Part shown: positions 26,601 through 35,141 of the stretch, one piece after another
Numbering within the stretch: position 1 is the stretch's first letter
Layout: the number at the start of each line of letters is the position of its first letter
Virus record (IMG/VR): IMGVR_UViG_2740891882_000003
Span: 1-64,000 of that record
Origin: a virus
Taxonomy: Duplodnaviria > Caudoviricetes
Length of the DNA stretch: 64,000 nucleotides
Strand: one strand, 5' to 3'
Notes under the pieces: model-generated
What the model saw: the letters and a program-made list of their open reading frames with translations, nothing else
The model's database searches: none
Told to the model about the DNA's origin: nothing
Made by a program: the position numbers and the translations under genes

Positions 26601-28244
26601 GACGAACGCGCGCGCATTCGGTGCCAGCCGGGCCAGGGCGTCAGCGGTCTTGTTCGTGGCGATCGCCCCGGAGTTCTGCGCCTCTGCGAGAGCCTTCGCC
26701 GCCTCGGCCGCGTTCTCCTGCGCGTCGGCGATCTGCCGCGCCCCATCCGTCGCCGCCTTCGCTGCTGCCGCTTGGGCGTCCGCGACGTCCCGCTGCGCCT
26801 TCGCGACCCGCTGCGCCCCGTCCTGCTGCGCACGCGCGGCCTCGATCTCGGCGTCCTTCAGGGACTGTGTCTTGTCGGTGACCTGCTGGTTGGCGTCGGC
26901 GATGTCCTGCTTGGCCTTGGTGACCTTCTGTGAGCCCTCCACGCCAGCCTTGTTGGCGTCGTCTGTCTGCTGCTGCAGCCGGGCCGTTTCGGTCTGCTGC
27001 TCGGACAGCGCCTGAGCCGCCTTGTCGTACTGCAGTTGCGCCTTGTCGAGCTCCTCCTGGGTGGCCTTCGCGCCCTTCGCCTTGACCGCGGCCAGCTCCT
27101 GCTCGGCGTCCTGAAGGTCCAGCACCTTCTGCCGTTGGTCGAGTTGGGCGTCGGTGAGCCGGTTGTTGAGGTCTTGCAGTTCTTCGGCGGCGTCCTTGCG
27201 GGCCTGGGTGAGGTCGAGTTGGGCCTGCTTGGCGGCCTTCTGCGCGTCGGCGAGGTCACGCTCGGCGGAGGCGACGGACTCGGCCGCCCGCCGGTTGGCG
27301 TCGGCGACGTCCTGCACGGTGTTCTTCAGGTTCTGCTGCGCGTCGGCGATGTCTCGGGCGGCCTTCACCCTCGCCTCGGCCGCATTGACCTCGGCGTCCT
27401 TCACCGCCTGCTGGGCCTTCGCGAGGGAGCGCTGCGCCGATTCCACCCGCCGGGTCGCCGACTCGGCTGCCCCCGCACTCTTCGTGGCCGGCGCGAACGC
27501 GGCCTTGAAGGCGTCACCAATCCCGCTGGTGCCGATCTTGACGGCCGCGAACGCGGCCCCCAGCGACAGCACAGCCGGGGCAGCAAGCGCGGCAGCCGGA
27601 CCCATCTGGATCAGCGCCTGCCCGAGGGACGCCATGGTCGGAAGTGCGCCGACAGCCAGCGCTGTAAGGCTGCTCAGGCTGGAGGTGAGCGATCCAAGGC
27701 CGCCAGAGCTGCTGCCGGCGCCGCTGAGGGAACCGGTGAGTCTGGATAGTGCGGAGCGGTCCAGGTCGACGCGGACGTTCACGGTGCGGCGGCGGGTGAG
27801 GAGTGCCAGATCGTCCGCGGCGGCGCGGGTGTCCATGTCGGCAGTGATGCGGGTGGTGCGCGCCCGGGTGAGGAGGGCGAGGTCGTCGGCCGCAGCCCGG
27901 GTATCGAGGTCAGCGATGATCCGCACGGTGCGGTCGCGGGTCAGTTCGGCGAGCTGCCCTTCCGCTACTCGCCGTGCTGTTTCCTCCAGTTCGGGCAGGA
28001 GGTTGACGGTGAGGTCCCGGAACCGGGCGCGGGACAGGGCGGTCTGGTCGAGGTTGACCTTGACGTTCAGGGAGCGGTCGCGCATGAAGCGGTCGAGGCG
28101 TGTCCGGGCGTCCCTGTCGTCGAGGTTGAGGCGGACGCCGACCTCGTTCCGCTTGGACCTGAGCCGGTCCATGGCGCGGTCGTAGGCGGATTCGTCGGCG
28201 GTGACCTCGACGTATCCCTCGGCGATCCTAAAGCTACCCGCCAC
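23658..28244 (-). CDS. tape measure protein with C-terminal NlpC/P60-like domain
   Basis: 1528 aa; coiled coil, amphipathic and Trp-periodic repeats; PYQWAG..DCSG..GHT. Confidence 0.93.
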   Translation of the reverse strand: MAGSFRIAEGYVEVTADESAYDRAMDRLRSKRNEVGVRLNLDDRDARTRLDRFMRDRSLNVKVNLDQTALSRARFRDLTVNLLPELEETARRVAEGQLAELTRDRTVRIIADLDTRAAADDLALLTRARTTRITADMDTRAAADDLALLTRRRTVNVRVDLDRSALSRLTGSLSGAGSSSGGLGSLTSSLSSLTALAVGALPTMASLGQALIQMGPAAALAAPAVLSLGAAFAAVKIGTSGIGDAFKAAFAPATKSAGAAESATRRVESAQRSLAKAQQAVKDAEVNAAEARVKAARDIADAQQNLKNTVQDVADANRRAAESVASAERDLADAQKAAKQAQLDLTQARKDAAEELQDLNNRLTDAQLDQRQKVLDLQDAEQELAAVKAKGAKATQEELDKAQLQYDKAAQALSEQQTETARLQQQTDDANKAGVEGSQKVTKAKQDIADANQQVTDKTQSLKDAEIEAARAQQDGAQRVAKAQRDVADAQAAAAKAATDGARQIADAQENAAEAAKALAEAQNSGAIATNKTADALARLAPNARAFVDAVLAQREAWRSLKLDVQNALFQGLAAKFTELSSAILPSLRAGLTGTATILNTTARNAANAVIELAKTGQLRALFDGLNAGMRPLTRIPGQIITGLTQISIAASPAFARLTAAAAGAADTIAKKLSDAFKSGGLETAINNGVEIAKQFGKLLGDVFATFGNIMKAAAAGGGDALGSLGAVFAELRKITAMPGVQAALTSVFTAINSIAKLFASTLGAVLQAALPLLAALAPVVTELATKFGPVLAQLASTLGKALTPIIDALLPVVKDVGDIIIGLVQAVMPLLKPIGDLIGAIVKALAPVVSALGAQLVPVVAALAQGLAPVVEALVPAVQALGQFIGQLAPMFPQLMLAVLPLIPPLAQLTAALLNLALQVIEPLMPLILGLAQLLTGVLAGAINILVPVITTVIGWLTKFTDAVTAVVKWIVDQFQHLYDVLVGHSIIPDLVKAIIGYFTGLWSKTKQIFTDLKNGVVQIWKDLWGAVTSRWNSFWSGLKVSFTNAWAIFRNSVTSLRTAITGTWSSLWNGVRDKVTSIFSTINSKISSFKNGMKTAFSTLRDSLGTIWNGIKSKIGDPVKWVISKVYGGLRSMWNTIAGKISSKITLPVISLGFNKGGIVPGTGSGDIVPAMLEPDERVLSRKQVAHLGGHRAIDAMLGQDHPTKTGGNPSRQQERQRYQGSTQHYASGGIVGTVTSGIGNAIGSVADWAKDLVIGGLKTAAQKALSSLVRPLIARIPGGGFGSLLKGLSNKAVDGMLGFLGNEDKKAKGGPAVQRALSWVKTQNGLPYQWAGNGNPSWDCSGLMSAIESVIRGERPHRRWATGSFVGNNGPSGWVRNLKSPFMIGITNAGVGHTAGTLAGMNVESSGGRGVHMGKGARGWNDSLFTSHWGFAPAAKYDSGGLLQPGATMAVNATRRPERILDPQQTAMFERLVSGSGGASSITIENITVSGTFDFSSRSARRQAAQELVVEIKDALRDYDRGRAR

Positions 28245-28247
28245 GTC

Positions 28248-29029
28248 CTACCCTCCCTGTGCCACGCTCACGAGCCCCGGGAACTGGGCCCGAAACTGGG
28301 TCAGTGAGACCTCGGCGGCCTCGCTGTTGCCGCGTCCTGCCGGTGCGGCGGTTGTGCTCGTGCGGGTTGGGGTGCTGCTCGTTGGCCGGCGTTCGTCACT
28401 CGCTTCCTCGACGCGGGCTGCCATGACGCCTGTGTAGGCGGTCAGCCGGTGCGCCAGAGCGAAGTAGCGGGGGCCGGAGACCTCTTGCTCAAGGAGGTCG
28501 ATGCCGTAGATGGCGAGGAAGTCGGCGTCGATGTCGTCCTGGTGGTCGAGGACCCAGAGGATCTGGCCGAGCCGGTTAGTGACGGTGTCTGGCCATCCGT
28601 GGTCGTAGGCCCACTCGCTGAGGCGGGTCAGCCACGCCGGGCCGCTTTTCCCTCCTTCTCCTGCTTGCCGAGGGCGAGCTTGATGATGATGTCGACGATC
28701 TTCTCCAGCTGCTCCTCGGTCATCGCCCGGGACTGTTCCAGGGCCATGTAGGCGTCCTCGCCGAGCACGCGGATTAGGAGCGGGGCGGTTGCGACCTCGT
28801 GCCCGACTTCGGACGCGTGGCGCAGGTACTGGAGGGCGACGCCGCGCGGGATGTGCTTGGGGATCGTGTATTCGTCGGAGCCGATGTAGAAGAGCGGGAC
28901 GCGCTCCTCTTCGACCTCGTCATCGGCGTCGATCCGGATCGGCTCGAAGTTCAGGTCGCTGGCGCCGTTGACGGGCTTGGCCGCCGCCCTCTTGCGGGCG
29001 GCGGTCGTCTGACGGGTGGTGGATGCCAT
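28248..29029 (-). CDS. tail assembly chaperone, long form by -1 frameshift
   Basis: G GGA AAA slippery site at 28646-28652; -1 frame open to TAG at 28248. Confidence 0.8.
28628..29029 (-). CDS. tail assembly chaperone, short form
   Basis: Between major tail and tape measure genes. Confidence 0.85.
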   Translation of the reverse strand: MASTTRQTTAARKRAAAKPVNGASDLNFEPIRIDADDEVEEERVPLFYIGSDEYTIPKHIPRGVALQYLRHASEVGHEVATAPLLIRVLGEDAYMALEQSRAMTEEQLEKIVDIIIKLALGKQEKEGKAARRG

Positions 29030-29067
29030 GGGTGGTGCTCCTCGCTGCGGGCAGGGCTCGGCGTCGG

Positions 29068-29628
29068 CTACGACGTCTGGTCGATGATGTGGAAGGGGGT
29101 GATGGAGTTGCTGACGTAGTGGCCGGACAGCTTCAGCGGGATGAGCGTCTGCTTGTCCTTGGTGTAGGCGAGCTCGACGCTGTCGGTGTTGAGCATCCGG
29201 CGGCCGATGATGCGGCGGCGGAACTGGCTGGGCGCGTAGCCGTCGAGGATGACCGCGAAGTACGTCGGCTGCGTCGCGGAGCTGGTGACGTTCGGGTCGA
29301 AGCTCTTGTAGCCCGCACCGGACGCGGACGTGCCGCCGTTGAGGGTGGTCGACAGGTTCTCCAGCGTGGCCTCGGCGAGGCTCGTCTCGATGGTGAAGTC
29401 CTGCTTGGTCAGCCGGGAGCCGACGCGGAGGGTGATCTGGTCGACCTCCAGCTCGCTGTACGTCTGGTCGACGCTGAGCTTGACGCCGTCCTGAGTGCCG
29501 CCCATGTCCGTCCACGCGGACGCGGCCGGCGTGGTGTTGACGGCGGTGTCGGTCGGCTCGGTCGCACCGAACGCCCCGCTGTAGAGAGTTCCGGGGCCCT
29601 GGATGAGGTTGGTAGTCGTGACGGCCAT
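29068..29628 (-). CDS. major tail tube protein
   Basis: GPGTLY, W.D.G.T..GV, L.E.TLENL. Confidence 0.88.
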   Translation of the reverse strand: MAVTTTNLIQGPGTLYSGAFGATEPTDTAVNTTPAASAWTDMGGTQDGVKLSVDQTYSELEVDQITLRVGSRLTKQDFTIETSLAEATLENLSTTLNGGTSASGAGYKSFDPNVTSSATQPTYFAVILDGYAPSQFRRRIIGRRMLNTDSVELAYTKDKQTLIPLKLSGHYVSNSITPFHIIDQTS

Positions 29629-29631
29629 GGG

Positions 29632-29817
29632 TCAGCTCTCCTTGCTTCCGGCCGCGCCGGACGTCTTCTTGGTGGTGACCGGCGGCGCGGGCGCGGCCGG
29701 GGCTTCAGGGGTCGAGCTGTCGTCGACGAGGAGGCCCTGACGCTGAAGGTCCAGGTACTCGACCTCGTCGACCTCGATCGACTGGTCGGGGCGCATCGTG
29801 GTACGGACGGTCGGCAT
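29632..29817 (-). CDS. small hypothetical protein
   Basis: MPTVRTTMRPD..EV...EYLDL.RQGLL; TGATG coupling. Confidence 0.65.
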   Translation of the reverse strand: MPTVRTTMRPDQSIEVDEVEYLDLQRQGLLVDDSSTPEAPAAPAPPVTTKKTSGAAGSKES

Positions 29818-30044
29818 CAGGGGTAGTCCTCTCGGCGGAGCGGGAAGCGGTGGTGGGCGTACTGCGGCAGGTGCGGCAGTGCGATGGTCTGCTCGGGCGG
29901 GATGCTCCGCGGGCATTCGACGATGCGGATGTCTCCGGTGAGGAGGAATTCCAGCTCGCCGCGGCTGTTGTGGACGATGACCCTGCCGTGCCAGGTGAGG
30001 AGGTCTCCGCCGAGGCCCGCGTCTTGGATGGCGTAGCGGCTCAT
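29817..30044 (-). CDS. hypothetical protein
   Basis: Coupled at both ends in structural operon. Confidence 0.65.
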   Translation of the reverse strand: MSRYAIQDAGLGGDLLTWHGRVIVHNSRGELEFLLTGDIRIVECPRSIPPEQTIALPHLPQYAHHRFPLRREDYP

Positions 30045-30490
30045 GACGGGACCTCCGTCCAGGCGATGACGAGGCCGGGGATGCTGTAGCGGGCATACGA
30101 CGACGGGTCGTCGGGGACCCGCCGGTGCTCGCCGGTCGTGTACGCGGACAGCACCTGCACGGCCGGGTAGCCGGTCGGCAGGGTCACCCGCTGCGGGATG
30201 GCCGGATGGTCGTAGCAGGCGGCCTGGATCGCCTCAGCCAGCGCGGCGGCCTTGTTCCACGGCGGCTTCTGGGACTGCGGGTTGACGGCCCAGCAGTCCA
30301 CGCCGACCGCCGGTTCCCTGAGCGGGACGTACAGGTTGGGGGTGCCGCCTGCGACGACGAGCGTGCAGAACCCGGACGCCGCCCAGGTGGTGTTGTCCTT
30401 CGGCAGAGTGGTCGCGACACGGTCGCCGACCACGGTCTTCAGCCAGGCGGTGGCGACGAGTTCGGGGGTGGCCCGCAGCTGGAGGCTCAT
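30041..30490 (-). CDS. tail terminator / completion protein
   Basis: Position, size and VDCWA motif. Confidence 0.7.
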   Translation of the reverse strand: MSLQLRATPELVATAWLKTVVGDRVATTLPKDNTTWAASGFCTLVVAGGTPNLYVPLREPAVGVDCWAVNPQSQKPPWNKAAALAEAIQAACYDHPAIPQRVTLPTGYPAVQVLSAYTTGEHRRVPDDPSSYARYSIPGLVIAWTEVPS

Positions 30491-30858
30491 GCGGTCCTCC
30501 GCTGGAACAGGGCCGGACGAAGGTAGGGCTGGGCGTGTGTGCCGGGGTGGTTGACGCGCGCGACGGGATGGTCGGCGTCGGGCCAGGACAGCGCCTTCTT
30601 GTTGCGCGGCAGAATGACGTGGGCGGCCGTGCCCATCTCGACGTCGGTGGCGTAGTTGCAGTCGAGGGATCCGACGCGAAGCACCTTGTCGCGGACCTCG
30701 GCGCGCAGACTGTCGTGCAGGCGGCCGGACCGCTTCGCCACATAGTTCCGGGCGTCGCCGAGGATGTCGCGGCCGATGACGTGCTCCATCCAGTCATTGA
30801 CTGCGTCATCGACGTGCGCGCGTGCGGAAGGGTCGATCCGCACACCGGATCGCGCCAT
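30487..30858 (-). CDS. HK97 gp10-like tail completion protein
   Basis: SGRL..SL, YATDVEMGT, HPGTHAQPYLRPAL. Confidence 0.82.
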   Translation of the reverse strand: MARSGVRIDPSARAHVDDAVNDWMEHVIGRDILGDARNYVAKRSGRLHDSLRAEVRDKVLRVGSLDCNYATDVEMGTAAHVILPRNKKALSWPDADHPVARVNHPGTHAQPYLRPALFQRRTA

Positions 30859-30932
30859 GGCCGCCCTCCTCTCCAGAGAGTGGTCTCGTACTGTGGCCGC
30901 CCGGTCTCCCCGGACGTTGTGGCCGTGTTCGG

Positions 30933-31262
30933 TTAGGTGGTGCGCCGCAGATCGAGGCGCAGGTCTGCGGCTACGGCTACGGAGCTCATGGAGGAGATGG
31001 CATCGACGATGTACACGGCGCCGGTGCTGTCGTCCCGGATGCGGTCCTGGTCGGTGACGTCGGTGCCCGCGGTCACGCGGCCGACGGCGTAGCGGACGAT
31101 CCTGGGGGTCGGGTCGTCGCGGGTCGTCACGCGGCGGCTCTGCTCCACCAGGGATGCCGGGATGCCGGTGTATCGGGGGGTGTCGGTGTCGACTTCGTCG
31201 CCGTAGCCGTCCGTGCTGGTGCCGCGGAGGATGCTGATCGTGGTCGTGGCGCGAACTAGCAC
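30933..31262 (-). CDS. head-to-tail stopper
   Basis: D.YG.E, DV...DRI....Y.V pattern; position. Confidence 0.7.
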   Translation of the reverse strand: MLVRATTTISILRGTSTDGYGDEVDTDTPRYTGIPASLVEQSRRVTTRDDPTPRIVRYAVGRVTAGTDVTDQDRIRDDSTGAVYIVDAISSMSSVAVAADLRLDLRRTT

Positions 31263-31714
31263 GGCCCACCGCCGAGGGGGTGCCAGCGCGGATCGTTGTC
31301 GTCGAGGACCGCGTTGGTGAGGTTCATCGTCCGGGGAATCTGTCCGGCACCGGTGCGCGGCCCGATGCGCAGGGGCCGGATCCGCTTCCACGACAGGCGA
31401 TCAATGCACCGCTTCGCCAGCGGCGCCAGGATGCCTGCGTTGGCGTGCAGCCACGTCGCTGACACCTGGTCCTGCGACACCGACGTGGTGTCCATGCTGG
31501 TGAACGCGTCAGGATGCTGGGTGATCCATGCCGCCTGGTAGGCCACGGCGAGCTTCAGCAGCCGCAGGTTCTTCGGGCGGATGTTGCCCACGGCCGAGGC
31601 GTCCTCGGTGGTGTCGGCGAACATCTCGACGACGGCCTGCGCCTGCTCGACCTGTGCGGGGGTGGCGTTGATGCCGGTGTAGGTGATGACGTCACTGGCG
31701 GTGGCCCACGGCAT
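31256..31714 (-). CDS. head-to-tail adaptor
   Basis: WAT.SDV, LK.AV.YQA, LAP.A. Confidence 0.72.
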   Translation of the reverse strand: MPWATASDVITYTGINATPAQVEQAQAVVEMFADTTEDASAVGNIRPKNLRLLKLAVAYQAAWITQHPDAFTSMDTTSVSQDQVSATWLHANAGILAPLAKRCIDRLSWKRIRPLRIGPRTGAGQIPRTMNLTNAVLDDNDPRWHPLGGGPC

Positions 31715-31715
31715 G

Positions 31716-32117
31716 TCAGGTCACCTGCCTGACGGATACCTCGTACACCCAGCGGCCGTCGACAGTGGCAGCGAGACGTGCATCCCCGCGCGGTGTGTGG
31801 CCGGCTTCAATGGCGGCCTGGACGGTGGCCTGCCGATAGGCGAGGTGGGTCTCCTCGTCGGGCCCGTCGGGCTCGGCCTCGAAGTCCTGACGGAAGACTC
31901 GGAGGTCAGCCGGCGTGCCGGCCGGCTCCGGTGGGGAAACAATCTCGCCGGCCTGGGTGTCACCGGCGGGGGCTTCGGGAGGCGTTGCGGTCTGCTGCTT
32001 GGTGGCGTCGTGGTGGGTGAGACGCTGGATGAGGTCGGCGCGAGCGCGTGCGGTGCCGAGGCCGCGGCGCATGCTTTCTGTCCGCAGTTCCTGCACGCTC
32101 ATCTGCTCGTAGTCCAC
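31716..32117 (-). CDS. SAP/HeH-like domain protein
   Basis: YEQMSVQELR.E...RGL....RADLIQRL. Confidence 0.7.
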   Translation of the reverse strand: MDYEQMSVQELRTESMRRGLGTARARADLIQRLTHHDATKQQTATPPEAPAGDTQAGEIVSPPEPAGTPADLRVFRQDFEAEPDGPDEETHLAYRQATVQAAIEAGHTPRGDARLAATVDGRWVYEVSVRQVT

Positions 32118-32199
32118 AACACCCTCATCTCGTGTGCGGTTCACCGGTGCCGCCGGGGTGGCACCCACCAATCCCCGACGGCAGTCCGAGGGGGTCCGG

Positions 32200-33267
32200 T
32201 TAGTCGGTGATGCGTTCGAGGATCGCCAGCGCCTTCTCGTGGCCGACGCCGAAGCCCTTGCGGGTGCGGAACTTGACCGCGAGGTCGTCGGTGGAGTCCT
32301 GGGCGCGCGCCTGGTCGGTCAGCGTCTCCGGGGCCGAGCGGTCGCCGCGCTTGAGGAACTGCCGGTTGCCGAAGATCAGCAGGTCGTTGCCGCCGGGGGA
32401 ACCGAGGGCGGTCGCCGACACCTTGCAGCCGCGGGACCAGGCGACCGGAACGTTGAACAGGGTGTCCGGCGTACCCGCCCCGGTCTCCAGGAAGATCGGG
32501 CGGCCCTGGCTGTCGAGGGTGTTACGGAACGCGTCGCGCCAGCCCGGGGCGGCGATGACCAGCTGGTCGGCCTGGCTCCAGTACTTGCCGGTCTCGACCT
32601 TCTTCATGGTCGCGGACAGCTTCTCGTACAGGGAGGCGCCGGCCGACGACGCGGAGTACGAGACGTTGTCGTCGTCCCACGTCAGATAGTTGTCGTCGGC
32701 GGTGTACGAGGTCGCGGAGTTGGTGGTGCGCAGCGCCTTGTACACGGACGTGAAGGGGACGGTCGTACCATTCTCGGCGGCACTGACGGCGAGGCAGGCG
32801 TTGTCGAACGTGTCGGCGTAGCTGATCGCCCAGTCCATACCCTTGACGCGGAGCGTGTCCACGACCGAGTCGGCGTCGGCGAGGTCGTCCTCGTCGACGA
32901 CGAACTGGCTGATGAAGCGGCGTGCCGTCAGCGTGATGTAGTCGTTGGCCGACGCATCGGGCGTGTACGTGGTGCCGACGGAGACGGTCAGGCCGCCGGA
33001 GCGCAGAACGCGCTTGGTGGCGGACGTCATCGTGTGAGGGCGCCCGTAGCGCTCGACGGCCGATTCGGCGAGAACGCGGGTGATGACCTCGGAGTCCCAC
33101 TCGATGGGGATCCAGTTGTCGATGATGTCCGTGGAGGCGGCACCGGCAATCTGGTAGATCGGGTACAGCTTGCCGGGTTCCTCGCCCGCAGCGATGCGGG
33201 CCTTGCGGAAGCCGATGATCGAGCCGGGCTCCGGGCTGATGTTCACGGGCACGCGCGTCGGGCGCAT
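32200..33267 (-). CDS. major capsid protein (HK97 fold)
   Basis: D.QGRPIF, TLFNVPV, LIFGN, R.GFGV; follows scaffold. Confidence 0.9.
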   Translation of the reverse strand: MRPTRVPVNISPEPGSIIGFRKARIAAGEEPGKLYPIYQIAGAASTDIIDNWIPIEWDSEVITRVLAESAVERYGRPHTMTSATKRVLRSGGLTVSVGTTYTPDASANDYITLTARRFISQFVVDEDDLADADSVVDTLRVKGMDWAISYADTFDNACLAVSAAENGTTVPFTSVYKALRTTNSATSYTADDNYLTWDDDNVSYSASSAGASLYEKLSATMKKVETGKYWSQADQLVIAAPGWRDAFRNTLDSQGRPIFLETGAGTPDTLFNVPVAWSRGCKVSATALGSPGGNDLLIFGNRQFLKRGDRSAPETLTDQARAQDSTDDLAVKFRTRKGFGVGHEKALAILERITD

Positions 33268-33375
33268 AGCTACCTCAGGAAGGACGGGGGCTCACAGCCC
33301 GCACGGTTGGGTGGATGCCCTACCTGGGCGAACTGTGAGCGTCCCGCTCGTTCCTGCTCGAACCCTGAGGTTCGG

Positions 33376-34125
33376 TCAGCTGCCGCGAAGTGCCCGCTGC
33401 GCGAGGGTCTCGGCCCATCCCTTGGGCTCCGGCTTCGGCGCGGGCTTGTCCGCTGCGTCCACCTTAGCTGCGGGTACACCATTCTGGCCAGAACCACCAG
33501 CCCCATTGGACGGATTGGCAGAACGGGTGCGCTTGAAGAACTCCGGCCACTCCTGCTTGATGGCGTCGATCTGCTCGGACAGGCCGGTGATCTCGCCGTC
33601 GTCGATGTCGACGTCGTCCAGATCGATCAGCTTCATCAGCGAGTTCAGCCGCTGCCCGTTCCAGCCCGCCTCCGCCAGTGCAGAGTTGACGCCGGTCACG
33701 AGGGCCTTCGTCTTACGCAGGCCGCGCAGTTCCGCCTCCGCGGTTGCCTTCTCGATCTGCCGCTTCACCTCGGCGGCGCTCGGCCCCTGCGGCTGGTCGT
33801 CCTTCGGCGCCACAGGCTCCGGCTCGGGCTCGTCGGGCTCGACCTTGTTGCCGGTCTTCGGGTCGATGCCATGCTGCCGCAGGTACTTGCGGCGGGCGGC
33901 GGCTTCCGCGTCGGCCTTCCGTTTCCCCTCGACGAGCTTCTCGTACTCCTCGCGGGACGGCGGTGTCCAGTCGTCGGCCGGCTCGTTGTCCGGCTCAGGC
34001 GCGGCGTTCGCTGCCGGCTCCGGGGCGGGGTCGTCTCCGCCGTCGGCGTAGCAGACGAACGGGTCGCGGTAGGGGTGCGCCCAGGCGACGGCCGGACGGT
34101 GTCGGGCGAGGGTTCGGGGTGCCAT
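33376..34125 (-). CDS. capsid scaffolding protein
   Basis: Acidic/Pro-rich then helical; EAAARR, LIDLDD, I..IK.E.PEFF. Confidence 0.82.
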   Translation of the reverse strand: MAPRTLARHRPAVAWAHPYRDPFVCYADGGDDPAPEPAANAAPEPDNEPADDWTPPSREEYEKLVEGKRKADAEAAARRKYLRQHGIDPKTGNKVEPDEPEPEPVAPKDDQPQGPSAAEVKRQIEKATAEAELRGLRKTKALVTGVNSALAEAGWNGQRLNSLMKLIDLDDVDIDDGEITGLSEQIDAIKQEWPEFFKRTRSANPSNGAGGSGQNGVPAAKVDAADKPAPKPEPKGWAETLAQRALRGS

Positions 34126-34136
34126 GCGTTTCTCCT

Positions 34137-35141
34137 TCAGCTGCGGCCGGCCGCTGTGGCTTCGGCCTGTCGCCGGACGCGCGCGGACAGGCCGCGTTGC
34201 GCCAGCAGTGCGTGGGCTGCCCGGCGGCGGGCGGCGCGCGATTCGGTGGATGTTCCGTGGCCGGTGGCGATCGACCGCCACGCCTGGTCTCGGAGTAGAT
34301 CCGGGAGGCTGTCCGGCCCGGTGTCCCAGTCGGGCATCCAGGGGACGAGGCGGCAGCGGCAGTTGATGTGAGCGGGCGGCCCGTCGAGCGGCGCCTTGCG
34401 GGCGCTGCGCGAGTGAGGGTCCATGGACAGGCCTCCGGGGAAGCGGCTGTCGCGGTCGGCGAGGCGTCCGGCGTAGGCGAGGCAGATGACGCAGGCGTCC
34501 GGCTCGGTCACCCACATGCCGCGTGCCCCGTAATGGTCGGCGACCTGTGCAGCGCCATCGTTGATTGCGCGATGGATAGTCCAGGCGATGGTCTGCCGCA
34601 CCAGTGTGGCCGCACGGCGGGCCGCGGCGAGCCCGAGGATGACACCCCGCCAGCCACTTGAGGAGACGGCGCGTGGGGTGAGCAGCCGGGCAGCGAGCTG
34701 CAACTGTTCGGCCACCGTCTCCTGCATGCGAACGGCCACTTCTGCAACATCACGGCTCACGTCGAGGTCCGGTAGGGCGTGGTCACGGCCAGACGCCCGC
34801 CGCAAGAAGTCGACTGCATGCCGGCCCCCTAGGTGTGTCGCCTCCTCCAGTGCGTCCTCCAGCGCCCGTCGTGAGCGCACCCCAAGCCCGCTACTTGCCC
34901 GGTCCACGTCCCCGCGGAGGCCAGTCAGCAGACGTGCCAACTGCACCCCTGTACCCAGGACGGCGAGCGCGCCGAACGCCGCCACCCACGCCGTCAGGGC
35001 GACCGCGAGCAGGCCGGCCAGCTTGGCGCCTGCGCCACCGTCGGCCTGCTGCGCCGTCTGCTCCTCGAACGCGGCAGCCTCCGCCGCCTGCTCCTCCTGT
35101 ACGAGCGTGGCGAGCTGCTGCGGGGGGGCGGGACGGGCCAT
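34137..35141 (-). CDS. MuF-like minor head protein
   Basis: CVIC and PPAHINCRC. Confidence 0.8.
   Translation of the reverse strand: MARPAPPQQLATLVQEEQAAEAAAFEEQTAQQADGGAGAKLAGLLAVALTAWVAAFGALAVLGTGVQLARLLTGLRGDVDRASSGLGVRSRRALEDALEEATHLGGRHAVDFLRRASGRDHALPDLDVSRDVAEVAVRMQETVAEQLQLAARLLTPRAVSSSGWRGVILGLAAARRAATLVRQTIAWTIHRAINDGAAQVADHYGARGMWVTEPDACVICLAYAGRLADRDSRFPGGLSMDPHSRSARKAPLDGPPAHINCRCRLVPWMPDWDTGPDSLPDLLRDQAWRSIATGHGTSTESRAARRRAAHALLAQRGLSARVRRQAEATAAGRS

Noticed and set aside
23952-26933. 993-aa plus-strand ORF and other long antisense ORFs (e.g. 32134-34371, 36371-38494)
   Set aside because: Shadow frames opposite well-supported genes, expected in high-GC DNA; no motifs.
27790-27920. 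DNA direct repeat in the tape measure gene
   Set aside because: Explained by the protein repeat TRAAADDLALLTR.
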